A stretch of DNA of 64,000 nt from Octopus vulgaris (GCA_951406725.2 OX597838.1:12772001-12836000), one strand, 5' to 3'; positions 12,535 through 27,500 are shown, numbered from the stretch's first letter. Numbers and translations are program-made. Notes: a model not told the origin generated them from the sequence alone.

Positions 12535-14529
12535 TTCTCTCATTTCTCAAAGACACTCTTCAGAACTTCTGAGAGTTAACGACCTCTGCTTACAATATTA
12601 CTTATTGTTGCAAAGAAGTGTGCCAATGGAAATGTTTCGAAAAAAACTTGGCATTTCGGGCTGGCTAAATGATTAAGTGAAATAATTTAACTACCAGCTA
12701 ACGAACTGATTAAACTAGCTGGTTAGTGTTTAGTTTGCTCAAAAACTACTATCTGTTCTTACACTGTACATAATGTGTGTGTATGTGCTGGATGGTATTG
12801 TCTCTTTGTTTATGATCTTGCCTTTGTGTCTATGTATACGTGTATGCTTGTGTGTGTGTGTTTCTGTTTTTTTTTTTTTTCTCCATTACTGTCATTTTTG
12901 TAGCTCTTCAAAAAAGCCAGTTATATTTCAATACATTTTGTCTGCATCAAGAATTTCTATTAAATTCTGTAGAAATTTTGATACCTGCTGTTTACTGTTT
13001 GCTTTTGTTTTGTTTTTTTCTACCTCTAAGTACTTTTTCTTGCTTCTCACCGTCTCTGTCTCTCTCTCTCTCTCCCTCTCTCTCTTGTTCTATTCGTCTC
13101 TTTCTATCACTCATCCATTCTCTCCTCCCCCACCTCCTACCCCCATAGTCTAGTGCCTTCAGTAATTTTCAAGTTCGCCATTCTTCATTTTACGTTGGTT
13201 TTTCCCTCTCTTTTCTTCATTTTTTTTCTCCCCCCCTCCCTTTATTTCTCTATCCGTCTTTCTTTTCTATGTAATTATCATTACTTTGTAATCAAATCAC
13301 TCCAAGACTTATCAAGACAAATGCCTCTGTCTGGGCTGTAGACCAGCCTATTTATGGAACTCTTTTGCTGCTGCTTATAAAAATGTGAAACTTGATGCAT
13401 TGCCTGTGTTAGAAGCTGGAGCTGCTGTTTTTCAACCAATGGATGCTTGCCTCCACAAAAATACAGACACAGGCAGATGGTTGGATGGGTGGTTGGTTTC
13501 AGTCAGAGACAGTTATTGATATTAAAAAAGGGTTTTTTTCCCACTTTTTTTTTATAAATTGCCTTTTCTTATTTTCATTTTGTGTGTGTGCATAACATTT
13601 TTATACCTGGTTTTTCCATGTTGGTCTGGATTAGACAACTGTTTTCTGAGTTATTTTATAGCAGGATGCTCTTCCTGTCACCAACACATTTTTTTCCTAT
13701 TCATCATCATCATCATCGTTTAACATCCGCTTTCCATGCTAGCACGGGTTGGACGATTTTGACTGAGGACTGGCGAACCAGATGGCTGCACCAGGCTCCA
13801 ATCTTGATCTGGCAGAGTTCCTACAGCTGGATGCCCTTCCTAACGCCAACCACTCTGAGAGTGTAGTGGGTGCTTTTTACGTGCCACCGGCACGGGGGCC
13901 AGTCCGGCGGTACTGGCAATGACCTCGCTCGAATCTTTATACAGGTGCCTGTGAAGCGACACATCAGACATCAATAACAGCACCACTCAAATACCCATGC
14001 ACTTGTAGGAACATGTATGCATATGCACACGCACAAGCTTCCATACAGAAGGCACTTGACAAGGTGCTACACATTGGGATTGATCCTGAAACCATGTGGT
14101 TGAGAAGCAAAACTGCACAGCCATACTTGCAGCTATATACTGTTTTTGGGGGTTTTCCCTGCTGCTTTCACAGGTTCCCATGACTCTTTGTTGCCATCCA
14201 GTTCCATTATGAACTTGAACTGAGAACTTGAGACATAGTGAATTTTTGATTAACTGATTTCACAACTGTTGATGCCACCCCTATGGATGCATTGCAGTTA
14301 CTCTCTTGATAGATAGAACTTGGTAACCCCGAAGTTGAGTTCTTCTGCTACCTCTTCACAATCTGCCATGTTGCAGTCCTCTGACCTTGCCGTATCCCCG
14401 GGAGGGTGACACTAAACCAGTGCTATGTCTTGCCAAAGGGCAGTCCATAACTGTACAGGACACAGTTGTCACTCCATGAGATATTTTCAAAATACCCACA
14501 CACAACTTTTTATCTCTCTCTTTTTCTCC

Positions 14530-14900
14530 CTTTTACTTGTTTCAGTCATTTGACTGCGGCCATGCTGGAGCACCGCCTTAAGTCGAACAAATCGACCCCG
14601 GGACTTATTCTTTGTAAGCCCAGTACTTATTCTATCGGTCTCTTTTGCCGAACTGCTAAGTGACGGGGACGTAAACACACCAGCATTGGTTGTCAAGCAA
14701 TGCTAGGGGGACAAACACAAACACATACATATATACGACAGGCTTCTTTCAGTTTCCGTCTACCAAATCCGCTCACAAGGCATTGGTCGGCCCGGGGCTA
14801 TAGCAGAAGACATTTGCCCAAGATGCCACGCGGTGGGACTGAACCCGGAACCATGTGGTTGGTTAGCAAGCTACTTACCACACAGCCACTCCTGCGCCTG
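14530..14900 (-). mobile_element. SINE family A, full length
   Basis: Reverse complement of family A. Confidence 0.88.
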
Positions 14901-15164
14901 CACATGCATATACATATGCACACAAACATTCATGCACAGGTGTATGCCCATAGTATATGTGAACGATTTGTTATTGATGGCAAATTGGAGTGTTTTGCAT
15001 ATTTTGACAGCATAATTAAAGGATTGGATCTATAATTGGTTCCATTGTACTATGGCACTTAATTACTTAAATAATTATCAAGGTTAGAAATAGGAGACTG
15101 TCAGGGTAATGACACTTGTAATGAGTTTCTAATGAGTTGTCTGTAGATGTTTATTATTATTATT

Positions 15165-15845
15165 ATGGTGGCAAGCTGGCAGAATCGTTAGCACGCTGGA
15201 CGAAATACTTAGCAGTGTATTGTCCATTGCTATGTTCCAAGTTCAAGTTTCACCAAGGTCAACTTTGCCTGTCATCCTTTCAGGGTCGAGAAATTCAGTA
15301 CCAGTTGTGTACTGGACTCAGTGTGACCATCTGTCCCCTTCCTCACAAAATCCAGGCCTTGTGCCTATTGTAGAAAGGATTATTATGAGGAGGCGAGCTG
15401 GCAGAATCATTAACACGCCGGACAAAATGCTTAGTGGTATTTTGTCTGCCATTACATTCTGAGTTCTGAGTTCAAATTCTGCCACGGTCATCTTTGCATT
15501 TCATCCTTTCAGAGTCAATAAATTCAGTACCAGTTGTGTACTGGAGTCAGTGTGACCGTCCGTCCCCTTCCTCACAAAATCCAGGCCTTGTGCCTATTGT
15601 AGAAAGGATTATTATTATTATTATTATTATTACGAGTTGGCAGAATCATTAACATGCTGGACAAAATGCTTAGTGGTATTTTGTCTGCCGTTACATTCTA
15701 AGTTCAAATTCTGCCAAGGTCATCTTTGCATTTCATCCTTTTGGGGGTCAATAAATTAAGTACCAATGAAACACTGGGATTGATGAAATTGACTAGTCCC
15801 CTCCCCCAAAATTTCAGGCGTTGTGCCTTCAGTAGAAAGGATTAT
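15165..15845 (+). mobile_element. SINE family B, three tandem copies separated by (ATT)n
   Basis: Three repeats of gagctggcagaatc...agaaaggattatt. Confidence 0.75.
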
Positions 15846-16390
15846 TATTATGGGTTTTTCTTTCAATTTTGCTTCCATTTCTTGCCGAGTGTCTTCCTGA
15901 TTCTTTGGGCTAAGAAACTCATTGTATGCATTGATAGGCAACTAAACTAAGCACATGGGATTGTTCATTTTTGAAATAAAATGAAGTAATGTGTTAAGGA
16001 AAAAAATGTGCCGGTGTCACATAAAAAGCACCATCCGAACATGGCCGATGCCAGCGCCGCCTCGACTGGCTTCTGTGCCGGTGGCACGTAAAAAGCACCA
16101 TCCGAACGTGGCCGATGCCAGCGCCACCTCAACTGGCTTCCATGCCAGTGGCATGTTAAAAGCACCAACCGATCGTGGCCGCTGCCAGACTCCCCTGGCA
16201 CCTGTGCCGGTGGCACGTAAAGAGCACCCACTACACTCGCGGAGTGGTTGGCGTTAGGAAGGGCATCCAGCTGTAGAAACACTGCCAGATCAGACTGGAG
16301 CCTGATGCAGCCTCCTGGCTTCCCAGACCCCAGTCGAACTGTCCAACCCGTGCTAGCGCGGAAAACGGACGTTAAACGATGATGATGATG

Positions 16391-16492
16391 TTTAGTAATC
16401 GTTCTCACGTCAACAAGGCCCTTCTCAGTATGTGTGATGTGCAGTGGAAGCAATCTTTTGCATTTTTTGTAGAGATGGTAAGCCAAGGATCA
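16391..16492 (-). mobile_element. R4/Dong-like non-LTR element, C-terminal fragment (frameshifted)
   Basis: ILGLPSLQKMQKIA / TSHILRRAL* resembles the QKxxLLGTAHILRKVL terminus of REL-endonuclease elements. Confidence 0.55.
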
Positions 16493-16696
16493 ATAATAAA
16501 TCTCTGAACGAGGTATAAACAGTAACTGCACGACAATGTGAGGTATATTTGCTATCTCAGTATGGCTAACCACTAAGGGTGGGTGTTGCTGTAGCTTGTA
16601 GCCCCAGGAGAACATCTCCTCCAGCTGGCTATAGACACACTTTCTGTGCCCTATCGGTATTTGCAAAGGGAGGTCATCCTTCCCTCGTCAACCTAA

Positions 16697-16755
16697 GTGA
16701 TACGCACGGACTGCAGTTTCTGGGTATTGACCCATCATCAGCGCACGACAATCAC
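16697..16755 (-). ncRNA. Type I hammerhead ribozyme motif (Penelope-like minimal form)
   Basis: GUGAU ugu CGUGCG CUGAUGA UGGGU caau ACCCA GAAA C ugca G UC CGUGCG u AUCAC: full core, stems I-III, GUC triplet. Confidence 0.85.
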
Positions 16756-16953
16756 CGGTTTTCGATGAAAGGAGTTCCCAATGCAAATATTTATATCCTT
16801 TTTCCTGTAACTTTTCGTCACTGATCTTGAAAAAGTGTATGCCCAATAATTTTCATATTATTATTATTATTTGCCCTGGTGGTAAATAAAAGAAATTATT
16901 ATTATTATTATTATTTATTTATTTTATTTTATTTTCTCTCTTTCAATTTTCAG

Positions 16954-17016
16954 GTCCTTCAGCAATTGTCAGAGTTGGAAATGATTAGAAATGGAGAAAA
17001 GCGGATGGTGAGGTGA
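16954..17016 (+). other. Candidate terminal coding exon of the plus-strand gene
   Basis: Very strong acceptor (ttttctctctttcaattttcag|). Reads VLQQLSELEMIRNGEKRMVR* (phase 0) or GPSAIVRVGND* (phase 1), followed by several kb of SINE-poor, UTR-like sequence. Confidence 0.5.
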
Positions 17017-18539
17017 CAGGTGAAAGTTCATACTTTGGTACTAAAGGAGAAAAAAAAAACACAAAGAAATATGGGGAGGCGGGGAAGATAAAAAAAGAAA
17101 AAGAAAAAGAAGGCAGCAGTTTCTTCTGTGGCACTGAGAGGATGGCTGGATGGATGGAGCTTTTGGCAAGTTGGGCTTGTTGAAAAAATCTTGCATTTAC
17201 TCAGGATTAATTGGGACAGTTTGCTCCGCATGCCTCTACCTCCCCCACCATCATTCTTTCTATTTGTGTTGTTGCTGGGGTGGTTTGGGGGGTGGGGTTG
17301 TTGATTTTTTTTTTTTTTTTTTTTTGCAAACAATTTGTTTCTGGGAAATTTTTTTTTTTTTGAAGTTTTGGTAAATGTAAAAAAAAAAAAATGCCCATTA
17401 AAGAAAGCAAAAAATATAGAGAAAAAAAATTTTTTTTTTTTTTTAAAGTTTAAAAAAACAACCAAAAAAAATTTGAATGACACATTCACACACACACATA
17501 CACATACATACATATGCACACACACAAACACACATATACGCACATGCGTGCATGCACATGCATACAAATGCACATGCGTTCTTGTTGGGGGAGGGGGTCA
17601 TTTTAATTACCTGTCTGGATCATTCCTAACAAAGCACTAATCCAGTGGCTACAGATTTAACTTTCACCTTGTTTCCCCCTGCCTCCTCCTCCTTCACCCC
17701 CCTTCACACACACACACACACATTCACTCAATTTCATTCTTCCTTTCTCTCTCTCTCTCTCTCTCACTTTCTTGCAGGATAAACTAGTATTAAAAAAACC
17801 AAAAAAAAACAAACAAAAAAAAAGTGAAGGAAACTAGAAAAACAAGAAATTTTAAAATTTTGAAAAAAAAAAAATTTTTTAACTCAACAACAACAACAAC
17901 AATGATAAAAATAATAAAAATGACAGCTCAGCTTTTGGAATAAATATATATAAACAAATGAATAAAGGGACAGATTTTTCCTGGAATTTGATTGCTTAGC
18001 AGCTAGAATTGTGCCTTTTTTTGGAAGAACTGTTTGATCTCAAAAAAGAAAGTGTCTAGGTTGTTGGTTATATAGTTTACTTAAAGCATATTTATAACCT
18101 CACATATATATATATAATAATTATAACTATATATATATAATTATATGTATATAATGATTATATAAATATATATAATTATATGTATATATATGTATATAAT
18201 GATTATATAAATATATATAATTATATGTATATACATGTATATAATGATTATATAAATATATATAATATGTAAATACATGTATATAATGGTTATATATAAT
18301 TATATGTATATACATGTATATAATGGTTATATATATATAATTATATGTATATATATATAATATGATTATATATATATATATAAAACGCTTGAAACAAGTA
18401 AAAAAAATAAGATGTTATGATTTATGTATATGATATATATGTATATCATATGCATATATATATATGACTACATATGTATACAATATATATATCATACACA
18501 TATATGTATGATTATATGTTTATAACATGTGGTACATAG

Positions 18540-18975
18540 TGATATATATAAGGTATGATGTATGATGGAAGATATATATGGTGTGATATATGACGGGATA
18601 TATATATATGGTATGATATATGATGGATATATATGTATGGTATGATATATGATGGATATATATATGGTATGATATATCATACCATATATATATGGTATGA
18701 TATATGATGGATATATATATATGGTATGATATATGATGGATATATATATATATATATATATATGGTATGATATATGATGGATATATATATATATATATAT
18801 ATATGGTATGATATATGATGGATATATATATGATGGATATATATATATGGTATGATATATGATGGATATATATATATATATGGTATGATATATGATGGAT
18901 ATATATATGATGGATATATATATATGGTATGATATATGATGGATATATATATATATATATGGTATGATATATGAT

Positions 18976-19019
<44 letters not shown>

Positions 19020-19150
19020 TATGATATATGATGGATATATGTATATATATATATGGTATGATATATGATGGATATATGTATATATATATATGGTATGATA
19101 TATGATGGATATATGTATATATATATATGGTATGATATATGATGGGATAT
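18540..19150. repeat. Minisatellite ggtatgatatatgatgg(at)n
   Basis: About 20 copies of a fixed core with a variable (AT)n spacer. Confidence 0.9.
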
Positions 19151-19459
19151 ATATATATATATGTAGTAATGATGGAATATGTATGCATGTGTGTGAGTGC
19201 TCGCACACTAACAGCTTTCAGTCATTCTTCTCTAATTCTATTTATTCAAAACCCCATTTATAATTAGCAATGGTCTCTGAAATTTGTGACAGAAGTACAT
19301 TTTGTTATGAGATATATTTGTGTTCGCCTGTGCAACATGCACACATGCAATCTTGCATGCACTTGTGCATGTAGTGATGAAAGAAATGCAAGCAGATAGT
19401 TTTCAAATTTCTGTTGAATTAAAGTGAAATGCTATTTTGTACATATACCTTTGTATGTA

Positions 19460-19492
<33 letters not shown>

Positions 19493-19713
19493 ATATATAT
19501 ATATATATCTGAATAGTAAATAGGCATTCATTTTTGAAAGATTTATCTCTAGAAAATGGTGTTAACCGAGGCATTAAGTATTTAGAAGATCTGCCTTGTG
19601 CAAGTTTTAATTATTTAACCCATTTGGGCATTATACTAATTAGTAGTGTCCACACATAAAATGGTGTGATGTCTATTTACTTTTGGTATGTGTGTGTGTA
19701 TACATATATATAC

Positions 19714-19757
<44 letters not shown>

Positions 19758-21458
19758 ATACATATGTATATATGCACACAAATATATAAGCATGTGTGTG
19801 TTTGTGTATAATGCATTTCTAAACCAAGTGTTACTGAAGATGACATAATTTGTTTTGGTTAAGTCAAAAATATGACTTGCTGTGTAATGGAAGTAAGCCA
19901 TTTACATGGTAAGCAAGAGATTTACGGTTCAATTCTTCGTCTGTGGATTCATCTTTATTTTTTTTTTCTGATATAAATTTGTTAACAAATGTATGCTTAA
20001 TATTTTTTTATAACAAAATTTTAGTTACAATATCTGTATGACTATATGTGTGTGTGTGTATATACACATCTGTATAAACATATGCATGTGTATATATTTG
20101 TGTTTATATGCTCATCATGCATATATGTATATATGTTCATGTATGTATATATCTATTTGCACATATATATTCGCACACACACATATGTACATAGTAAGTT
20201 GGATGAAGTAGTATGTGCCATATTTTGGCCAGTGGGGGCTACATTAATAAACTAAAATGTGTGGGTCATTTTGGAAAGAATGAATGAAGTATATGGAAAA
20301 GGACAAAGAGAAACCCTTTCCCGTTTTCTCTCTCAGATTCTGGTGAAAAATAAAAAAAAAAATATTTAAAAAAAAATTTAACAATTGACAATTTAAAAAA
20401 TATATAAATATATATTTAAGAGAAAAATTATTTTATGTAAAAAAAAAATTAAAAAGTATAAATGCTGAAAAAAAATATATAATTATAAAAAAGAACTAAT
20501 TAGATTGTCTTCTGTAGGTTCCTGGAGAAAGGAAGCTGGAAAAAAAGGATTTCATGTTTTCTCTACTCTTTTCTCTTTGTCTTTCGTCTTCTCTTTCCCT
20601 CTCTCTCGGTAAAGAAAGAGACAGAAGTTTCCAATGTAAAAGTAGTTTCAATAATGTTAGAAATTGTTCGTTCCTCCAAAATAGCAAAACCTTCTGCATT
20701 TCCAGAAAGCAAAAAAAAAAAAATAATAATAATAAATAATAAAAATAAAAAAAACTGAAGGTTTAAACTTGAAAAACAAACAAAAAAAATTACAATTTAA
20801 CCCCAGCTGTGATATTTTCTGCAATGCTGTTTTTTTTTTTTTTTTTTTAATTCTTTTTTTTTTTTTCCTCTGTGAATTAAGTGAATTAATTAATTAATAC
20901 CAGTAAACAGACAGGTGAGAAAATAGAGTTTTTCTGGTCATCCTCTGGACCAGAAACAGACAGGTGAGAGAGAAACTAAACTTTCTGGTGGCCCTCTGAT
21001 ATGGCTACAGAGAAATACGAGGACTGAATTATTATTATTATTATTATTATTATTATTTCCTTATTATGAGAAAATGAAGGATGGAAGCGAAAGAAAGAAA
21101 GAAAACGAGTTATTGGATGTTGTGTTGGTCGTTAATTTATGAATGTATATATTTGTTAACGAGTGATTCTGGCCTTGCTGGAGCACTGGCATGAATTGGT
21201 GTGTGTTTGTGTGTGTATGTGTGTGTGTGTGCATATTTAATCAGAGAATGTGAGTGTCCAACTACAGAAAGAAACCAAAAAACAAAAACAAAAAAAAATA
21301 CAAAAAATACAAACATGAAAAGTTTTTATATATATATTATATATATAATATATATATATATATATTAAAAATTTATTCATGCATGGGGAAGTGTATACGG
21401 CGAAATTCGAGATGTATTTTAAGAGAAAAAAGATATATATAATAAAATTTAAATTTAC

Positions 21459-21512
<54 letters not shown>

Positions 21513-24500
21513 AGCAAACAAGACATTTTATATTTATTTATGTATTTATTTATTTTATTTATTTGCTATTATCAGAGTGAATGCGAAGAAGGAAAAACAG
21601 GTTTACGTAATTTATTACCATTATTATTAATTAATTATTATTACTGTTAATTAGCAATGGTTTGGCTGAATTGTTAAAGCGTCAGAAAAATATCTTTGTA
21701 TCTGTTCCAGCTCTTTATGTTGTAGGTTCAAATTCCACCAAGGTCAAGTTTTGCCTTTCATCCCTCCCGGGGTTGATAAAATAAAGTACCGATTTGAGTA
21801 CTGAGGTTAATAGTGATGACTAGCCCCCCCCCCCCCATCCCTTCAAAATTGCAGGCCTTGTACATAAATTAGAAATAACTACTACTACAACTACTACTAC
21901 TATTATTATTATTATTATTATTATTATTCAAGGCGGTGAGCTGGCAGAATTGTTGACACGCTGGACGAAATGCTTAGCAGTATTTCCACCGATCGCTGCA
22001 GTCTGAGTTCAAATTCTGCCCAAGGTTGACTTTGCCTTTCATCCTTTCAGGGTTGATGAAAGAAGTACCAGTTAAACACTGGGGTTCAATCGACTTGACC
22101 CCTCCCATAAAATTACTGGCCTTGTGCAAAAATTTTAAACCATTATTGTTGTTACTACTACTACTACTACTACTACTACTAAAGGTGGCAGAATCAGAAA
22201 AAAAAAAAAGGGCTGTGCAGTATTTGTTTCTGTTCTTTACATTCTGAGTTCAAGCCCTGCCAAGGCCAACTTTGCCTTTCATCCTTTCAGGGTCAAAGTA
22301 AACACCAGTCAAGTACTAGGAGGATTGATGTAATTGACAAACCTCATTCCTTAAAAATTGCTGGCCTTGTGCCTAAATTAGAAACATTATTGATGATGGA
22401 TTGATAGTGTTATCTAAAATGCCTTGTGGTGTTTGTTTTGAGTTTAAATCCCACTAAGGTAGGCTTTGCCTTTCATCCTTCCAAATTAAGGGAGTCTGGA
22501 ATAATGGACTTTTCCACTGCCTTCCCCCCTCAGAATATGAGGCCCTGTATTAATTCTTAATATTTGTTATATGGAGGGGGGGGGTGAAGACAGAATAGGT
22601 TGTTAAAAAGTTTGGGGTGGGTGGGCAAGGAAATAGGTTTTTGGTGGTGGGTGAAAAAGTTTTTAAAAAAGCTGGTCCTAAAGATGAGCTTTCACCTGTG
22701 TGCTTTGACTTTTCTGTGTCTTTTATGGCTTGTGTCTCTTGTTTGTTAAGATTATATATTGTGTATGTATGTATGTATGTATGTATGTATGTATGTATAT
22801 ACATGTGTGCATATATGTGTGTGCATGGTTCTTGGCAAGCTGACAGCTTTATAAACTGGTTTCCATCCTGGAAGCTTTAAATCAGAATTGAAACAAGCTG
22901 TAAGTTAATGAATAATAAAGGGTATATATATTCATACACACACCCTCTTTATGTATATATAATATACCTTTCATATACACACACATACATAAACACAATG
23001 CACTTGTTCCTGTGGACACACACACATACATACATACGTATTTAGAATTTCTGAGAATTCTTATACACTAAGTTTGGATTAGGGTCCTCAATTTGATTGT
23101 TGTAGTTATGTTTTAACCATTGCAGCCTCTACCTCTTTCTTTGGGACAGCAGGAAAGAGCATTGTAATAGTTTAGAGAGCACATGTTTAAAATCCTGGGC
23201 CAGTCAAACTGATATATGTATGTATATATATAAATCTGGTTCAAGAGTAACAAATAGCACCACAAATGGTAAGAATAACTAATGGAGAATATCTCTTGTA
23301 AGGACAACTGAATGCGAACAATTTACCCTTATGGGGGTGGGTGCTTCTGCAAAAATATTGTAACTATAGCAGCCAAATTGACACTTGTGTATTCTACACA
23401 TGTACTCTGTCATATGTTGTTGTACAGTAAGTGCTTTAAAAAACAGAAAATCTTTATGCAAATGCTATAAATTTTATTAAATAAAAACTGAACTTTGAGT
23501 TTTTATTTACATCAAATGTTCAGTGTGTGTGTATATATCTACGCAAAGATATAATTACATTGAATGCATTGAAATAGTTGCTATTCACTTTAGATGAACC
23601 TTACCTCAGAGCTACCTGGAGGTGTCTTCACAGTGTTAGGCCTTTGCTGACTGCTTAGACATTTTCTTCTGTCCTACCTGACTCTGAGCAAGAGACGGGA
23701 TCCATCATTAGCTAAAACTGTATTCTACCGAAACATCTGCTGGACAGGATATCAATTGTTCCCTTCCAAGCTTCTAAACAAACATTGAAATGAATATTTC
23801 AGGCATTTCGTTGTGTTGTGACATTAATAGATTCCTATTTTTGTGTGCATCTAAATTTCATTTAAATATTTTTTACCAGTAATTTTGGTTGGTTATTGCA
23901 GTTCAACTTATTTTCTAAAAGTTTGTATAAGAACTTACGTGCATGTACATCACACACAAACAGGTAGAATCAACAAAAGTACTCCATCCAGTGAGTGATA
24001 AATATCAATTTAAGACACAACTGAAAGACCTAATAACTTCATGCTTTTACAGTATCATAAAAGCATGGAACTATTAATAGCTCTTTCGGTTCTGTATCAA
24101 ATTTGATTCCCTGCAGTGCATCATGTCATTGAGCAAGACTCTTTGTCTCATGGTGCTCCAGCTGGCAAAAAATGATTGGTACCTGTAATTCAGAAAGGGC
24201 CAGCCTTGTCACATCCTGTGTCATGCTGAATCTCCCTGAGAACTACATTAAGGGTACATGTGCAGGCTATTCCACTGATTGGATCAAGTGGAACCCTTGT
24301 AACCAATGGAGTGCCTATTTTATCTATCAATATACATACACACACACACACATTTTGCCCCCTTTTCTGTGTGTCCACAGCCAGCCATGTTGTGTTAACT
24401 CCATCTTCTGAACTTTGACCTTGGACTCAAGTCAGTGTTTTCAACAGGCAGGCTGCTGTGAGTTTCACGTACTTCAATAGAACAAGATGGAGTACTTACT

Positions 24501-27500
24501 TCTGGAAGATCAAATTGTTTGTTTTTGTTTGTTTTTAAATTTTTTCTTTCTTTCTAAAAACAAAACGAAAATCCGTATGTTCTCACCTGCATACACCTAA
24601 TTTTATGTGCATTTATAATTGTGTGTGTGTGTGGTGTGTGTGTTTTGACAATTTTCATCTTCAGGCAATTATGACTGCATAAAAAGCTTAAAGCATTAGA
24701 GGAGGTTCAAAGGAAAATATTAAAATGTTAAATGTCTAAAAAAAAAAAAAAAAAAAACAGCAACATGTCATCTTTCAAATTTACAATCATTTATTTCTTT
24801 ATTTTTGTTTCAGGTGAGGAACAGCAACCATCAGTTGCCATTCTTCATCTTTGTAACTGTCTGTCTCTGTTTGCTTTCCTTCTTTCTTTCTATTTTCCCT
24901 TGGCATCTGTTTCCAGGTTATCCCTTATGGTGGCACCTTTAATATTAAATTTTTTTTTTTTTAAATTGCTGCTGCAGTTGTTTGGCTCCCAGTCAATCTT
25001 GACTGAATCAAACTATGATCATAGGCATACTAACCATGACCATCTCCCAGGATGATATTGACTTACATTTTTTTTTTTTTCTGTTTCAATCATTGAACTA
25101 CAGCCATGCTGGGGCACTGCCTTGAAAGTGTTTGGTCAATCCCAGGACTTATTTTAAGTCCTGTACTTATTCTATTAGCATCTTCACCGAACTACTAAGT
25201 TACAGGTGATGTAAATAAACCAACACTAGTTGTCAAGTCTTGTGGGGACAAACACAAAAGCACACATACACACATGTATGTATACACCATGGGCTTCCAC
25301 AGTTTCTGTCTACCAAATTCACTTACAAGGCATTGGTCAGCCTGGACTGTAGAAGACACTTGCTCAGAGTGTCACCCCCTGGGGACTGAACTCAGTTGCT
25401 CATGCTTGCAAAGCAAATTTCTTAACATCGTAGCCATGCTAAGTTTTTTTGGGTTTTTTTTAATCCTTGTATGACAAGACACAATTGACTTTGTGGGTCA
25501 TGGTGGAATGGAAATGAATTGGAACCTGCTTTTTTTTGTTTACTTGGGACTGATGGAACCATTTCCCAACAGTGTCATCCCTGGAATTTTGTTTTCACTA
25601 TTTTTGACATTGTTTTGGATAAAATCTAGTGGTTGTTTTACTTCCAGTAAACCTTGAGGAATACATTTAACCGACTCCATAATAAGCTTATTAATCTGAA
25701 AATCTCTGCCAGATTAGGTGTTATCTGGAAGGAACCATCTCACAGATCGACTTGATCTAGCTTGGTGCCATGTGGTGGTGTCTTAGTTTCTTTGCACAAA
25801 ACATCCACAACAAGAATATCTTTTTGAGCCCCACTTATCACAAAACCAAGTGTTGCCTCTGTGGTAGCACCAAGTAGGTTTGCTGTTTATAGCCTGTTGT
25901 AATATTCCTGGCAAAAGAACATTCTCAAGCATTCTAGCCGTTCTTAGATTGGATACTACAGAAGGAGCTCCCTGTGAGTAATCCCAGAAATCCAAAGATT
26001 TGTTTTTTGAGTTGGAGAAATCCTTTAGATAAGGAACAAGGATTCCTTGTCCACTTTCTCAGTTTCTGCATGATTCTAATATCATTAAAGACTATGATAA
26101 TAAAGACTAGCAGCAAGATGTTGGTTATGTCTTTCCCTATGATTGATGCCAAGCGTCCTAAATCATGCAGAATTGACCAATCTCAATTGAACAGCACTGC
26201 TGGCAGCTGCGATTAAACGCTTGTAACCCCAATCTTCCAGGTAACCCTGGTTTACTGGGGATCCACCCTTGGCTGGTCCTTTTTGTGACTAAAAGGACCA
26301 CCTTCACAATGATTTGGATCTTAACACTTGTAAATTAATAAAGTTGATTCAGTTTATATGTAGGAATCATTTGATACATGATGGCACACCAGAAAAAAAT
26401 GCCCCCCAAGACAATCTCCAGGGTTCAAATTCCATCTTGGAGTTCATGCATAAAAGATATGGGTGATATCAGAGCCCTAAAGAGGTCAACCATATATATA
26501 ATTGATCCATTTGTCCTTATAGTAACTCCAAAAGATTCCCACACACCCAAACATTTTCCGTAAATCCCTATATGGCTACTACCATGTAATCAATCCGACA
26601 TGGACTTCCTTCCAGAAGAGTAACTTTGATATGGTGTCCTAGTTTCGAAAGGAAGGTCAGGTTTGCTAGGGTGATTGGCAAAATTATACACGGGGGGTAT
26701 TTGCCAGGTGAGCCAGAAGTATCCACTGCTTGAAAGTTCCCTGCAACTGCACAAATTTTCACCATCCTTGAACAGCATAAAAATCAGTTGACACATAGCT
26801 TTAAGGATGTGTATGTAATGTTACGAAGGAGGTAGTTGATTGTGATTAGCCGAAAGGGTTTCAGCTGCTATTTTTGGCACCCAGTAATTTATAGTGATGC
26901 TCCCTTATTGATGCACAAAATATTTATCTTCCCTGGCTTCATTTCATTCTGCCATGTGATGACAAATATGACCCAAAGAATGCTTTTTAAACAGCAGTAA
27001 TTATACTAATGTAGTTTAAGATTGGTTTATTTTGGTGGATTTGGTGGGGAAAGATAAGCAAAAATACACTCACACACACAAACGTACACAAGCTGAGCAC
27101 TGGCCCTCAATAGACTCTGAAGGGCTTCGGGAATGAGGCCTAATTGTGCGTATATACACTCACTCACACACACTTTCATGTGCTGAGCACTCTTAGAAGA
27201 CTATCAGAGGTTAAGGAATACTATAGGGATATGCATATGTGTGTAGATATGTTTTACATGTAATATAAAATCAGCCAAATGCACAAATAATAAGGTGACC
27301 CATGGAAGAGTGTCGGATTTTTAATTAACTGAAAATTTTTCTTTGAGGCGTTTACTTGTTCCTCCCGAAACAAAAATACATCACCACCAGCAACAACAAA
27401 CTAAACAGATGATTAGCAAGCTATTTATCCAGGGGCCCATTTCTCTTCCTATCTCTTTAAGGTTATATAAATTCTGTATATGGATGTGCGAAAAGGAGGC

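Noticed and set aside
16564-16633. Twister-like arrangement on the minus strand (GCCA/UGGU, GGAG/CUCC, GGCUA/UAGCC, AAGC)
   Set aside because: P4 pairs poorly and the conserved UAA and GAG positions are missing; at most an unclassified structure
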